A stretch of 64,000 nt of DNA from Octopus vulgaris (Eukaryota). The translations under genes and the position numbers were made by a program. The notes under the pieces were generated by a model that was not told the DNA's origin, made no database searches, and saw only the letters and a list, made by a program, of their open reading frames with translations. Positions 25,290 through 38,269 of the stretch are shown piece after piece. Location of the stretch: contig OX597827.1 of NCBI GenBank assembly GCA_951406725.2, forward strand, positions 57,226,001-57,290,000. Reading direction: 5' to 3'. Numbering within the stretch: the stretch's first letter is position 1; every line of letters starts with the position of its first letter.

Positions 25290-25968
25290 TAACGGTAGTG
25301 GTGGTGATAACGGCGGCGATGGTGGTGGTGGTGGTGGTGGTGGTGGTGGTGGTGGTGGTGGTGGTGGTGGTGGTGGTGGTGGTGGTGGTGGTGGTGGTGG
25401 TAGTGGTGGTGGTGGTGACGGTGGTGTCCATTGTGATTGTGGTTGCGGCGCTTGTAGTGATGGTGGTGACGGTAGCTGTGGTTTATGGTGGCGGTGGTAG
25501 CAGTCAAGGAGTAAAAGTGATGGTGATGGTGGTGGTGGTGGTGGTGGTGATGGTTGTGGTTGTGGAGGTGATGGCAGCAGTGACAGAACGGTAGTGGTGA
25601 TGGTGGTGGTGGTGGTGACGGTGGTCGTGGTTATGGTGGTAGTGATGGTGGTGGTGGTGGCGGCAGCAGCAGTGATAGAAAGGTAGTGGTGATGGTGGTA
25701 GTGATGGTGATGGTGGTAGTGGTGATGGTGGGGGTTGGTGGTGACGGTGGTCGTGGCCGAGGTGATAGTGATGGTAGTGGTGGTGGTGGTGATAGTGATT
25801 GTGGTTGCAGTGGTGGTGGCAGTAACGGTGGTGCTTGTAGTGGCGGTGGTAGTGGCAGTTGTAGCGGTGGTTGTGATGGTAGTGACCATTGTGGTTGTGT
25901 TAGTAGTAGAATAGCGGTGGCGATAACTATGTGATGGTGATGACGATGGTAGTGATGAGGATGTTTGT

Positions 25969-26013
<45 letters not shown>

Positions 26014-26179
26014 AGGTGGTGATGGTAGTGGAATAATAATCAGAAACTGTTGTTGTTCTTGCTGTCGCTGATGTTTAGGCACAGGTCAACCCTGGTCCAA
26101 CAGACCTATGCTTAGAGACATTCCAACCGTGACATAACCATTTTTTTTTGCTAAAAGGGGTGGAGTGGAGGTAAGGCCT

Positions 26180-26216
<37 letters not shown>

Positions 26217-26970
26217 GTGAGATTTACCTGCTGTTTTTAGCTGGTCGAGAGAGCGACCGACCGACCACGTAGAGACTCACTCTTCTACAAGGGTTCCAAA
26301 GGTGACTGAACTGGTAATTATGGTGGTGGTAGTGGTGGTGGTGGTGGTGGTGGTGGTGGTGGTGATGCTGCTGCTGCTGCTAGTACCAGTGGTGGTGGGA
26401 TGGGATGGTGACATTAGGTGCTGCTCCTCTTAGTGATGAGTGGGAGAGACTGTGATGGTGGTAGTAGTGGTGGTGGTAGTAATGGTGGTGGTGGTGGTGG
26501 TTGTGTTGATGGTGGTGTAGTATTGTTGATGATGTTAATTGTTGTTGTTGTTGATTTTGGTGGTGGTGGTGGAGGTAATGGTGGTGGTGAGCATGCAATC
26601 CTTATAATCGGACCGTAATAAAGCGGGTTCTGGGGAAATGTTGATGTTGGTAAAGATGGTTTGTCGGTAGCTATTTGCATTATTTAAGGTGGTGGTGGTC
26701 ATCGTGATGGTGGTTGCGGTGATGGTGGTGGTGGTGGTTGCGGTGATGGTGGTGGTGTTAGTTGCGGTGATGGTAGTTGTGGTGATGGTGGTTGCGGTGA
26801 TGGTGGTTGCGGTGATGGTGGTGGTGGTGGTTTTGGATGCGGTGGTGGTGGTTTGGGCAGTGATGGTAATGATCAGACTCTTGTGGTGGTGGTGGCGTCG
26901 GTTTCGGCGGTGGCGGTGGTGTTGGTGGTGGTGTTTGTTTTGGTGTTGGTGTTGGTGGTGGTCACGGTAG
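25290..26970. repeat. GGT/GAT/AGT-rich low-complexity trinucleotide region
   Basis: Pure (GGT)n at 25321-25400 and degenerate GGT variants throughout. Confidence 0.95.
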
Positions 26971-27310
26971 GAAGATAGTAATCGAATAGTGGAGATATAT
27001 GCATATATATATGACGGGTTTCGTTCAGTTTCCATCTTCCGAATACACTCAGAGGCTTTGGTTGGCCCGAGGCTATAGAAGAAGACACTTGGCGAAGGTG
27101 CCACGCAGTGGGACTGAACTCGGAACCATGTGGATGGGCTATGCATATCTATCTATCTATCTAATAAGAATTGTTATTGTTGTCGTCGTCGTCGTCGTCG
27201 TCGTAGTCATTCTTGTTAGTTAGCCCCAGGTCAGTCTATAATATGAAGCCTACTTACGATCAAGGATATCACAACATCGATTGATCATATGTCTAAGTGG
27301 GTTGTCAGTA

Positions 27311-27745
27311 GTGGAGGCGCATGGCTTAGTGGTTAGAGCGTTGGATTCATGATAATAAGATTTTGGTTTCGATTCCTAGATCGGGCGATGCGTTGTGTTC
27401 TTCGTTTCAGGTTGCTCCAGACCACTCCGTTTGGTAAAAATGAGTAATCCTGCAATGGAACAGAGTCCCATCCAGGGCTGAGTTATATATATGCCAGAGA
27501 AACCGGAGAAAACGGCCTTATGTTCCTTAAAGGAGTAATGTGGACTAGGCGCAGGATCATTAACGTAGGTGGGTGGCGGTCCGCCCCGGGCAGCACTTTT
27601 AAAGGGGTGGGCCTTTTCATCCTGTTGTAGACTATTGCTGTAGGCAATGTGTTTTTTTGTGCGGTCTGGGGGCGGCAAACGGAAGGGCCGCCTCGGGCGG
27701 CACACACTCTACGCTAATGCGTAGGATATCATCCGTGTGCCACTT
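27311..27745 (+). mobile_element. SINE family R-related copy interrupted by a MITE
   Basis: gtggaggcgcatggcttagtggttagagcg head and a gaaaccggagaaaacggccttatg tail. Confidence 0.7.
27558..27719. mobile_element. 162-bp hAT-type MITE
   Basis: TIRs cattaacgtag and ctacgctaatg. 8-bp TSD cgcaggat (27550-27557) / cgtaggat (27720-27727). GC-rich subterminal ccgccccggg motifs. Confidence 0.75.
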
Positions 27746-27943
27746 TCTTCTTTAGGGCTGTGGCCCGTGATTTGGAGTTGATTTAACTGCTATATTTAGC
27801 AGATTCAGGTGACCATGTAGATAATCCAGTGGTGGTTTGGATAGCTGTTGTTGTTTGGTCCCCTTGTCAGCTCTGCCTGGTTTGGTGTATCCACGATCGA
27901 AGGGTTTTGAGCCATACCAATCCCTAAATTTTAAACACACACG

Positions 27944-27990
<47 letters not shown>

Positions 27991-28347
27991 ATACACACAT
28001 GTGCGCACACATACACACATACACACATTATTTTATTCTTTTACTTGTTTCAGTCATTTGTCTGAAGGATTTTAGTCGAACAAATCGACTCCAGGGTTTA
28101 TTTTTTAAGCCAAGTACTTATTCTATAGGTGTCTTTTGCTATGGGGACGTAAACACACAAACAAGCGGTGATGGGCGGACAAACACAGACACATAGATAT
28201 ATACATATATATATGACGGGCTTCTTTCAGTTTCCATCTTCCAAATCCACTCAGAGGCTTAGGTTGGACCGAGCCTATAGTAGAAGACACTTGACGAAGG
28301 TGCCACGCAGTAGAACTGAACCCGGAACCATGTGGATGGGCTATGCA

Positions 28348-28446
<99 letters not shown>

Positions 28447-28448
28447 AT

Positions 28449-28484
<36 letters not shown>

Positions 28485-29169
28485 TTGCTTACATACATAC
28501 GTACGTACATACCTTGGATCTAGAAACCGGTTCTTTCTCTATTAGCAAGAAATCTTGAAATAAACTGTATAATGTCATACATACATACATACATACATAC
28601 ATACATACATACATACATACATACATACATACATGCATGCATGTATGCAAGCATGGTGATTGCCCCATCTTCACAGATGCCGTCTCTTAGTGCTCACTCT
28701 ATGTCAATGGCATTCCATCCATGACTACTCAAACGAATTTTCAGTCCGGTTGCAAATCTGCTTGGTTTGAAGAATACGTGACAGACGAAAGTTGTGACCG
28801 ACTGCGCACTTCCAACCAGTCAGGTGTGCACTTTTTCATCACCACAGGACTTTCAGTAGTTGGAATGACAAATAAGGTCATCATAAAGAGACACCTGTAC
28901 GTCATTGGACTTCAGAGATAAATACTCATACAACACAAGTACCACTCTCTGAGATTTAGTAATTAGTGTCTCGCAACGAACCGAATCGAGATGACCAATA
29001 ATAACATGAAACTGCAGGTTTTACATTTGTATCCCTCTCCTAGAAGGGTGTTGTGACAATAGATAGGATACCCTCAAAATCGGTGGTTTTCCTGCGCGCC
29101 TTAACACCAACCAAAGGTATTCCTATGTCCTCGTGTTCAGATGGATTGCCATCACATATAAATAAAACA

Positions 29170-29423
29170 ATAAATGTTCATTCTCGAGCCATGCCAGGCT
29201 CATAAGGGTCGGTTTCCCGGTTTCAGTGGGGTAGAAATTCCCCACCGGGACGGGACACCGGTCCGTCGCAGGATTACTCATTTTTATCAGCTGAATGGAC
29301 TGGAGCAACGTGAAAATGAAGTGTTTTGCTCAAGAACACAACACATCGCCCGGTCCAGGAATCGAAACCACAACCTTACGATCATGAGTTCAACACCCTA
29401 ACCACTAATCCACGCGCCTCCAC
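29170..29423 (-). mobile_element. SINE family R-related copy, tail type d, with TSD
   Basis: TSD catcacatata at 29150-29160 and 29426-29436. tRNA-like head on the minus strand. Confidence 0.85.
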
Positions 29424-29658
29424 GTCATCACATATACTAGTTAGCTAATAGATGGGACCCTGGCAATTGCTACTAATACGGGTCAGAGTAGACCTGGGAA
29501 CAACGGTGGTTAAGAAGTGGGTCGTTACTCCTCGAAACACAGGATCTCTCAAACAAGAGTCCCACCAGTGGATACAGTTTCGTTACGTCTAGGACACATA
29601 TATACATACATGTATGTATGTATGTATGTATGTATGTATGTATGTATGTATGCATGTA

Positions 29659-29706
<48 letters not shown>

Positions 29707-30007
29707 TACACACACCTATATGTGTATGTGTATGTGTGTGTGTATCTTATATTATCTATCTATGTCTTTATAAAAAGCAACCATTGTACGTTGACCGCTG
29801 AAAAACACTAAGTAAAATTGATAATATTTCAGGATTTTCGTGTCAGTTAAATTAATTTGACCATTCCGCAGATAACTGTGCACATATTTTCGGAAAAGGA
29901 AATGGCGAGCGAGTTGGTGTTGTATTGGCTCCTATTTCTAGTATATATATATGTAATCACTTACTTGTGAACAAAATAAGAGTATGTGGCGTTTCATTAA
30001 ATAAAAT

Positions 30008-30191
30008 GTTAAAGAAAAACATAACAAATGTACAAACAAACGGGAAACAGATACAGAAGGTCACCAAATTGTCATGAGTTATCGATCAAGGCGCAAAATT
30101 GCGTTTGACCCTCTGGTTGATAACTGATGAGTATTTGGCGACCTTCTGTGTCTAGTTCTCGTTTGTTTGAGCATTTATTATGATTTTTAAC
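30008..30191. repeat. Imperfect inverted repeat with ~80-bp arms
   Basis: caaacaaacgggaaacagatacagaaggtcaccaaattgtcatgagttatc pairs with gataactgatgagtatttggcgaccttctgtgtctagttctcgtttgtttg. Spacer ~25 nt. Confidence 0.85.
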
Positions 30192-30195
30192 TCAT

Positions 30196-30279
<84 letters not shown>

Positions 30280-30379
30280 CATGTGTGTGTGGAAAACGTA
30301 AATGAATAAGGGTTTAAAATCCGGGCAGGTACCTTATCAACATTGATACAATTCAGATATGACTATCCACATCAAATGA

Positions 30380-30469
30380 TAGGGACCGGTTGTCAAGCGA
30401 TGTTGGGAGTGGGGACAAACACAGACACACAAATATATACACACATGCACACACACACACACAGATATA

Positions 30470-30523
<54 letters not shown>

Positions 30524-30673
30524 TACGACGGGCATTTTTCAGTTTCCGTCTGCAAAATCCACTCACAAGGCTTTGGTCGGCCCGAGGCTATTGTAGAAGA
30601 TACTTGCCCAAGGTGCCACGCAGTGGGACAGAACCCGGAACCATGCGGTTCGTAAGCAAGCTACTTAACACAC

Positions 30674-30707
<34 letters not shown>

Positions 30708-30913
30708 CTCTTTTACTCTTTTACTGGTTTCAGTCATTTGACTGCGGCCATGCTGGAGCACCGCCTTTAGTCAAGCAAATCGACCCCGGGACTTATTCTT
30801 TGTAAGCCCAGTACTTATTCTATCGGTCTCTTTTGCCGAACCGCGAAGTGACGGGGACGTAAACACACCAGCATCGGTTGTCAAACGATGCTAGGGGGAC
30901 AAACACAGACACA

Positions 30914-30950
<37 letters not shown>

Positions 30951-31132
30951 TATATATATATACATACATATATACGACAGGCTTCTTTCAGTTTCCGTCT
31001 ACCAAATCCACTCACAAGGCATTGGTCGGCCCGGGGCTATAGCAGAAGACACTTGCCCAAGATGCCACGCAGTGGGACTGAACCCGGAACCATGTGGTTG
31101 GTAAGCAAGCTACTTACCACACAGCTACTCCT
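30380..31132 (-). mobile_element. Two tandem SINE family A copies
   Basis: 30380-30672 (partial) and 30707-31132 (near full), each with internal (CA)n/(TA)n. Confidence 0.9.
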
Positions 31133-31723
31133 TACATACGTAATTATTACATACGTAGATGCGTGTGCTTTTGTACTCTTGTGTGTATGTGTGTATGTTC
31201 GCAATGAGGGGTGTATGCGTTTGCGTGTGTGCGTGGGTGTAAGCGTATAATGTGATGATACGTGTGTATGTGTTTCTGAATTCGCGTGGGTGGATGCAGA
31301 TTTTAAGTAGACACGCAATCAAGAAACAAATATAAAACAAAACAAAACAAGAAAAAAACAAAAAAAGGGAAACAAGAACGCACACGCATCAACACGCATA
31401 ATACGTATTATAATAATATATAGAACACCCACTCACGCAGATAACCAGCTCATTGCACGGACTGTGTGCACTCTTCCTTGAACCCATACACGCTTTAACG
31501 CGCGCGCACGCACTCACACATTTGAGTATGTGCGTGCATATATCTATCAATCTAGCTAAATCGGTTTGTCTATACATGTGTGCGTGTATATGTATACATA
31601 CGTATACATATGTGTAAACACATATACACACACATACATATATGTATGTATACATATATATATATATCTATACACACATACATGTTTACATACATATATA
31701 TGTACACATAAACTTATATATAA

Positions 31724-31807
<84 letters not shown>

Positions 31808-31923
31808 GTATATAAATGTATATATAAATATATATATACGTATATATGTACATGTATGTATATATATATATATATATACACACACACATGTCTATCAACA
31901 TATCTATATATATAATGAATTTG

Positions 31924-31971
<48 letters not shown>

Positions 31972-32102
31972 GCACACGTATACATATGTGTGTTTGTATA
32001 AGCATCCCGACTTTTGTTAACGGTAAGTTTTTATATATATGTATATATGCATGCATGTATGTATGTATTTATCTATGTATGACGGTACGTATATATGTAT
32101 GT

Positions 32103-32950
32103 CTCTTCCATTTTTAATTACTATAAATCTTCCACTGAGGAGGGAGCTGGTTTCCAACAAAGAGACGAGGCTCCATCTTTGTGATGTACTTAACGGACAA
32201 ATTCACATTTGGAACTTGAGAAAAGACTTGCGTATTTTTACTGTTTCACCCACAGATTGCACTTGTACGGATTAGCCGGTCGTTTTCTCTTTCTGAAAAT
32301 CACAGTTTATCCAGATTCTCCTTTAAGCATTTACTAACAAAACCTCGTGCTCCAATTATTATTGGTATGAATATGAATTCGTAGTCTGGACATAGATGCT
32401 GGAAATTTCAAAACGGTTGTTCATAGATATCCTCTTTTTCTTTGATTTTCAAAGAGATATTTATATCTAGAGGCAGCCGACCTCTATGACGGTATATATA
32501 TTTGTTCCCGTTGTCCCAAACGTCAATATCCGGCCTGTTATGCTTACATTTGACAAGATTTTTTTTTTTTGAGGGAATATACCACCAGTATTCCTTAAGT
32601 TGGTGTTTATGAATGTATTCCATAACAGAGGGATTTTCTAAGTTTATTTCAGGACAGTTTTTCTTGCGGATGGCATTGTAAATTGTTTTAGCAACAACAT
32701 CGTGCCACATAGGGAGGTAGTACTGTGACGACATTTTAGGACAGCTGCTAATCACATGCGTGATATCTTCTACAGAAACATGGCATAGCCTACACATGCA
32801 GTTGCACCTTGGGATTACAAGAGCGTCACTGTCTCTGTTGTTCGCCAAGTACTTTGTAGCAATCTCCTGTTTCTGTGTTGCAAACGCATAGCCTTCAAAC
32901 TGTGATGTGATGTAGTGCTCTTGTGTCCAAGAGAGCGCTTTGTGTCAATT
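32103..32950 (-). pseudogene. 3' part of an R4/Dong-like LINE (restriction-like endonuclease)
   Basis: ORF 32408-32848 shows the CRLC...EDITHVISSC zinc knuckle, a WHDVVAK (RHD-like) motif and KHNRPDIDVWD (PD-D/ExK nuclease). The 3' UTR ends ...gaagagacatacat. Confidence 0.85.
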
Positions 32951-32966
32951 CTACTGTCTTCTTCTG

Positions 32967-33320
32967 TGTGGCACCTTGGGCAAGTGTCTTCTACTATAGC
33001 CTCGGGCCGACCAAAGCCTTGTGAGTGGATTTCGTAGACGGAAACTGAAAGAAGCCCGTCGTCTATATGTATATTTATGTGTGTGTGTGTGTGTGTGCGT
33101 ACGCTCGCGCGTGTGTTTGTGTGTCTGTGTCTGTCCCCCCAACATCGCTTGACAACCGATGCTGGTGTGTTTATGTCTCCGTAACTTAGCGGTTCGGCAA
33201 AAGAGACCGATAGAATAAGTACTAGGCTTACAAAGAATTAGTCCTCCGGTCGATTTGCTCGACTAAAGGCAGTGCTCCAGCACGGCCACAATCACATGAC
33301 TGAAACAAATAAAAGAGTAA
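32967..33320 (+). mobile_element. SINE family A (5'-truncated)
   Basis: gtggcaccttgggcaagtgtcttc...gactgaaacaaataaaagagtaa. Confidence 0.9.
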
Positions 33321-34011
33321 ATTGCAAGTATAACAGGCCAGATATAATTATTTGGGACAGACAAGAAAGAGAGAAGTATGTCCCGTCGTAGAAATTAGCT
33401 GCTCTGTTGATGTGAATATCACATCGAAAATCAGACAGAAAAGCGATACCTATGAACTATTGCTTCGAAACTTCCGACTTCTATACACAGATTATAAATT
33501 CACATTTATACCAAGAATAATTGGTACACTCGGTTTTGTTCGAGCTGGCAGAACCATTAGCACGCCGGGCGAAATGCGTAGCCGTATTTCGTCTGCCGTT
33601 ACGTTCTAGGTTCAAATCCGCCGAGGTCGACTTTGCCTTTCAGCCTTTCGGGGTCGATAAATTAAGTACCAGTTACGCACTTGGGTCGATGTAATCGACT
33701 TAATCCGTTTGTATGTCCTTGTTTGTCCCTTCTATGTTTAGCTCCTTGTGGGTAATAAAGAAACAGGTTTTGTTAGTAAATGCTAAAGTGACAATTTGGA
33801 AAAGCTAGGGTTTTTTAAGGAAAAAAATTAATCAGCTAGCTTAGAAATACGATCTGTATGTGGAACATTAAAAATATTCAAAACTTTCCTCAAGTTTAAA
33901 ACGAGATGTTGATTTTGTTATCTACAACCGAACGACAATGCTTTGCATCTTTGTTAGAAACCAGCTCCATTCTTACTGGAAGGATTTCAAATAATTAAAA
34001 CTAGAAGCGAA
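33321..34011 (+). pseudogene. Second 3' fragment of the same R4-like LINE, interrupted by SINE B
   Basis: CKYNRPDIIIWD...VVEISCSVDVNI...IIGTLGFV. SINE B at 33541-33765 has a ggttttgtt TSD. The 3' UTR is homologous to 32103-32170 and is followed by (CATA)n. Confidence 0.85.
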
Positions 34012-34372
34012 CATACATACGTACATACATACATACATACATACGTACGTACATACATACATACATACATACATACATACATACATACATACATACATAC
34101 ATACGTACGTACGTACGTACGTACGTACATACATGCACGTAGTTATTACACTTACACAACCATAGTTATACGCAGAGAAACGCACAGACAGACAGGTGTG
34201 CAATCATGCATGCACACGCGCGCACGCATGCACACATACACACGTTCGCAAACACTGTACACACACACAAAATCTCGACCTAATAAACATGAATTCAGTA
34301 ACTGTCAGTGAACTGAATGAGCGTAGGTGGTCGGTCGGCAGTTAGAAGAAGAGAGTGAGCAAGAGGGGAAGG

Positions 34373-34424
<52 letters not shown>

Positions 34425-34590
34425 TGATGAGGGAGTGGGGGGAGGAGGGAGAAGACATGAGAGAGAGACCATCATCATAGTTGTAAAAAAAGGTGGGGGA
34501 GTTAGAATGGTTCAGTGAAAAATGTGCGTTTAGTGCTCAGGAGCGTAGGTCGAAAACTTCGATAAGTTCATTATCGAAATGGGGAGCTCA

Positions 34591-34639
<49 letters not shown>

Positions 34640-34644
34640 TTACA

Positions 34645-35437
34645 GCGAGCTGGCAGAAACGTTAGCACGCCGGGCTAAAATGCCTAGCGGTATCTCGTCT
34701 GCCGTTACGTTCTGAGTTCAAATTCCGCCGAGGTCAACTTTACCTTTCATCCTTTCGGGGTCGATTAAATAAGTACCAGTTACGTACTGGGGTCGATATG
34801 ACCGACTTAACCCGTTTGTCTCTCCTTGTTTGTCCTCTGTGTGTTTAGCCCCTTGTGGGTAGTAAAGAAATAGGTATCTCGTCTGCCGTTACGTTCTGAG
34901 TTCAAATTCCGCCGAGGTCAACTTTGCCTTTCATCCTTTCGGGGTCGATTAAATAAGTACCAGTTACGTACTGGGGTCGATATGACCGACTTAACCCGTT
35001 TGTCTCTCCTTGTTTGTCCTCTCTGTGTTTAGCCCCTTGTGGGTAATAAAGAAATAGAAATAGGTATCTCGTCTGCCGTTACGTTCTGAGTTCAAATTCC
35101 GCCGAGGTCAACTTTGCCTTTCATCCTTTCGGGGTCGATTAAATAAGTACCAGTTACGCACTGGTGTCGATATAATCGACTTAACCCGTCTGTCTGTCCT
35201 TGTTTGTCTCATCTGTGTTTAGCCCCTTGTGGGTAATAAAGAAATAGAAATAGGTATCTCGTCTGCCGTTACGTTCTGAGTTCAAATTCCGCCGAGGTCA
35301 ACTTTGCCTTTCATCCTTTCGGGGTCGATTAAATAAGTACCAGTTACGCACTGGGGTCGATGTAATCGACTTAATCCGTCTGTCTGCCCTTGTTTGTCCC
35401 CTCTATGTTTAGCCCCTTGTGGACAATAAAGAAATGG
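34645..35437 (+). repeat. Tandem tetramer of SINE family B (units of 184-190 bp) within one 12-bp TSD
   Basis: Units start at 34689, 34873, 35063 and 35253. TSD gtatttacagcg at 34636-34647 and 35438-35449. Confidence 0.93.
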
Positions 35438-35571
35438 GTATTTACAGCGTGTTTGTCCGAATGATTGAAACGTTCGCTAATGAAGTTTCACTTTCGAACA
35501 AGTGTTCAACTAAACAGTCATCTTATTGTATCATAACATCTCGTACCACTTTTCTGCACTGTGAACAACTC

Positions 35572-36043
35572 TACTCTTTTTTACTCTTTTACTCGTTTCA
35601 GTCATTTGACTGCGGCCATGCTGGAGCACCGGCTTTTAATCGAGCAAATCGACCGGAGGACTTATTCTTTGCAAGCCTAGTAACTTATTGTATCGGTCGC
35701 TTTTGCCGAACCGCTAAGTTACGGGGCGGAATTTGTTAATTTCGTTCCTGACACTGATCCATTTTCTTTTTTAAATCAAAACATGATATCAAGCATGGCA
35801 GAAACACACCAGCATCGGTTGTCAAGCGATGTTGGGGGGACAAGCACAGAAACACAAACACACACACACATATACCTTCGAAACACGCATTGAGTCGAAC
35901 CGGGGGCAGCTGATGAAGGGGAATATTCCTTGTATTCTTTGTCTTGTACCCTGTTTTTTCGTTGTCAAAAAAAGTCCGTTTCCCTGTTTGTTTTTATGTT
36001 TTCGTTTCTCGTTGTGTTCTACGTTTATTTGTGGTGTCCTGTA

Positions 36044-36109
<66 letters not shown>

Positions 36110-36374
36110 TGTATATATACATATAGATGTAAGTATGTACATATATGTATGTATGCATATGTTTTATTTGTTAAATTGTTATTATACATATATATATATA
36201 TACATATATACGACATGCTTCTTTCAGTTTCCGTCTACCAAATCCGCTCACAAGGCTTTGATCGGCCCGAGGCTATAGTAGAAGACACTTGCCCAAGGTG
36301 CCACGCAGTGGGACTGAACCCGGAACCATGTGGCTTGTAAGCAAGCTACTCACCACACATCCACTCCTGCGCCT
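35572..36374 (-). mobile_element. SINE family A with two internal insertions
   Basis: Tail 35572-35726, templated insert 35722-35792, insert 35875-36046, head 36210-36374. Confidence 0.85.
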
Positions 36375-37467
36375 ACTCTGTTGAGTTCGATAACGAATTC
36401 ACTTCGTCAGCTTCATCTCTCGATCGGTTTATCCTCCGCCCGGATACTATGGATTCTTTTAGCAGAGCATAATTCAATTACAAGCGACAGGATCATATGT
36501 GAAGGTAACTCGATATCTTAACGTGCAACAGTCGCAAAACAACAGCCACAGTTTCTGATTTCCTGTCCATCCTCAAATAGAGAATTCGTGGGGTTACAAG
36601 TGTTCCTGGGGTTATATTCTGCCTCCTCCTCTAAGCTATAAAATCATACAAATGCAGTTTCATTAAAACCTCCAAGTTTTATCAGTGATTTCTGCACAAT
36701 TAAAATAAAGCAAATTTCCTACAGTATTTCGTTTTGATACTCCTGTATCAAATGTAATTCATAAGATGCTTCTACATTCTAATTGGTTTTTCAATTTTTA
36801 TCCTTTTTAAGGAGTCTTCTAGAACAGAAATCCTATCTTCTTAAAATGCTGGTCTTCAAATTCAATGGCTTTTGTGAAGCCTTTCAATATTTTTTCAAAA
36901 TATTTACTTCGGTGTGTTGTGTTAACTTTGACTGAAAATATGAAAACTAGGAAAATATGACAAATAACTGGCTCTTCTTGAAAGCATGCATTGCTGCTTT
37001 GTCAAGTCACTGAAATCCTTATGATAATATAACCGGAAAGGCGATGAATGGCAAAATTGATACAGTGCCGCATAAAAGCTTTACACTTGCTCGTTATGTC
37101 TGAGTTCAAATCCAGTTGGTGCCAAATTTGATTTTTATCCTTTCAGGTCAAGTACAGGAATTTACTCAACTAAATTTGCTACCCCGTCTAAATCCCTAGG
37201 CCTTACATTGTAGTCTTAGAAATTATTACAATAATAAAATTGAACAAATTTCATTTTTGCATTTAAGCTTATATTTGTTCTACTGCTAAGATGCATCAAA
37301 AGGATTGGTACAAATATAAAGCTAGAACACCTATAGAAATCAGCTTCGTTTGCATCTACAAGAATTCTTCGTAAGGGCCTTGAAGCATGACAAGTAAACA
37401 AGTTTCACCTGAAGACAGCTAACACTTCCCTTTATACCCAGCAAAATAAGTTGAGAGTTTTCATTAA

Positions 37468-37543
<76 letters not shown>

Positions 37544-37851
37544 TGATGATTATTATTATTGTGATTATTATTATTATTATTATTATTATGTCTTATTTTG
37601 TTTTGTATCGGCAAGATGGTCCTTCAGATCACTCACAATGTTTTGCTTGATTGAGTTCTAAAAATCCTATTGTAACAATGTTTGGCGCTGTATTGTTGCC
37701 AAATTGACCAGGATTCTGAGGAACTGGTCGGTTATATCTTATGGTGTTGGTAGTGTTGTTGTTGTTGTTGTGGTGGTGGTGGTGGTGGTGATGGTGATGG
37801 TGATGGTGATGGTGGGTTGGGGTAGGGCTGTTGGTGATGTTTTTGTTGTTG

Positions 37852-37883
<32 letters not shown>

Positions 37884-38269
37884 GGTAGTGTGACCTTGCC
37901 GGGGCGGAATTTGTTAATTTCGTTCCTGACACTGATCCATTTTCTCTTTTAAATCAAAACATGATATCAAACTTTTTATAGGATACCGGCAAGTGATAAA
38001 TAGTATTTGTCTTTTCCATCTTAAATGAAAGATTATACCATTATACCATTACCAATGCATACTTAAAAGGTAAAGGCAATACAAACAACAACAACAGCAA
38101 CAACGGCAAAAAAAAAACGAATGGACTGTAACAGTGACACCCACCATTATGACCACCACCATCACCATCTGTACCACTATGACACGCACTACCGGTGTCG
38201 CTGCAATAAAAGGCGGTGATGACGATGACGATAAAGATAATGAAAAGACCATCAACAGCAACAATATAT

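Noticed and set aside
25162-27146. Gly-, Pro-, His- and Thr-rich ORFs resembling extensin or mucin
   Set aside because: Open in several frames on both strands over GGT-type low-complexity DNA, with no unique coding sequence or supported splice structure.
30124-30131. CTGATGAG in the long hairpin as a hammerhead core
   Set aside because: No correctly placed stem II/GAAA and no stem I next to an NUH site.
34645-35437. Regular repeat array as a possible CRISPR
   Set aside because: Units are ~185-bp near-identical SINE bodies with no unique spacers, no cas genes, and a eukaryotic context.
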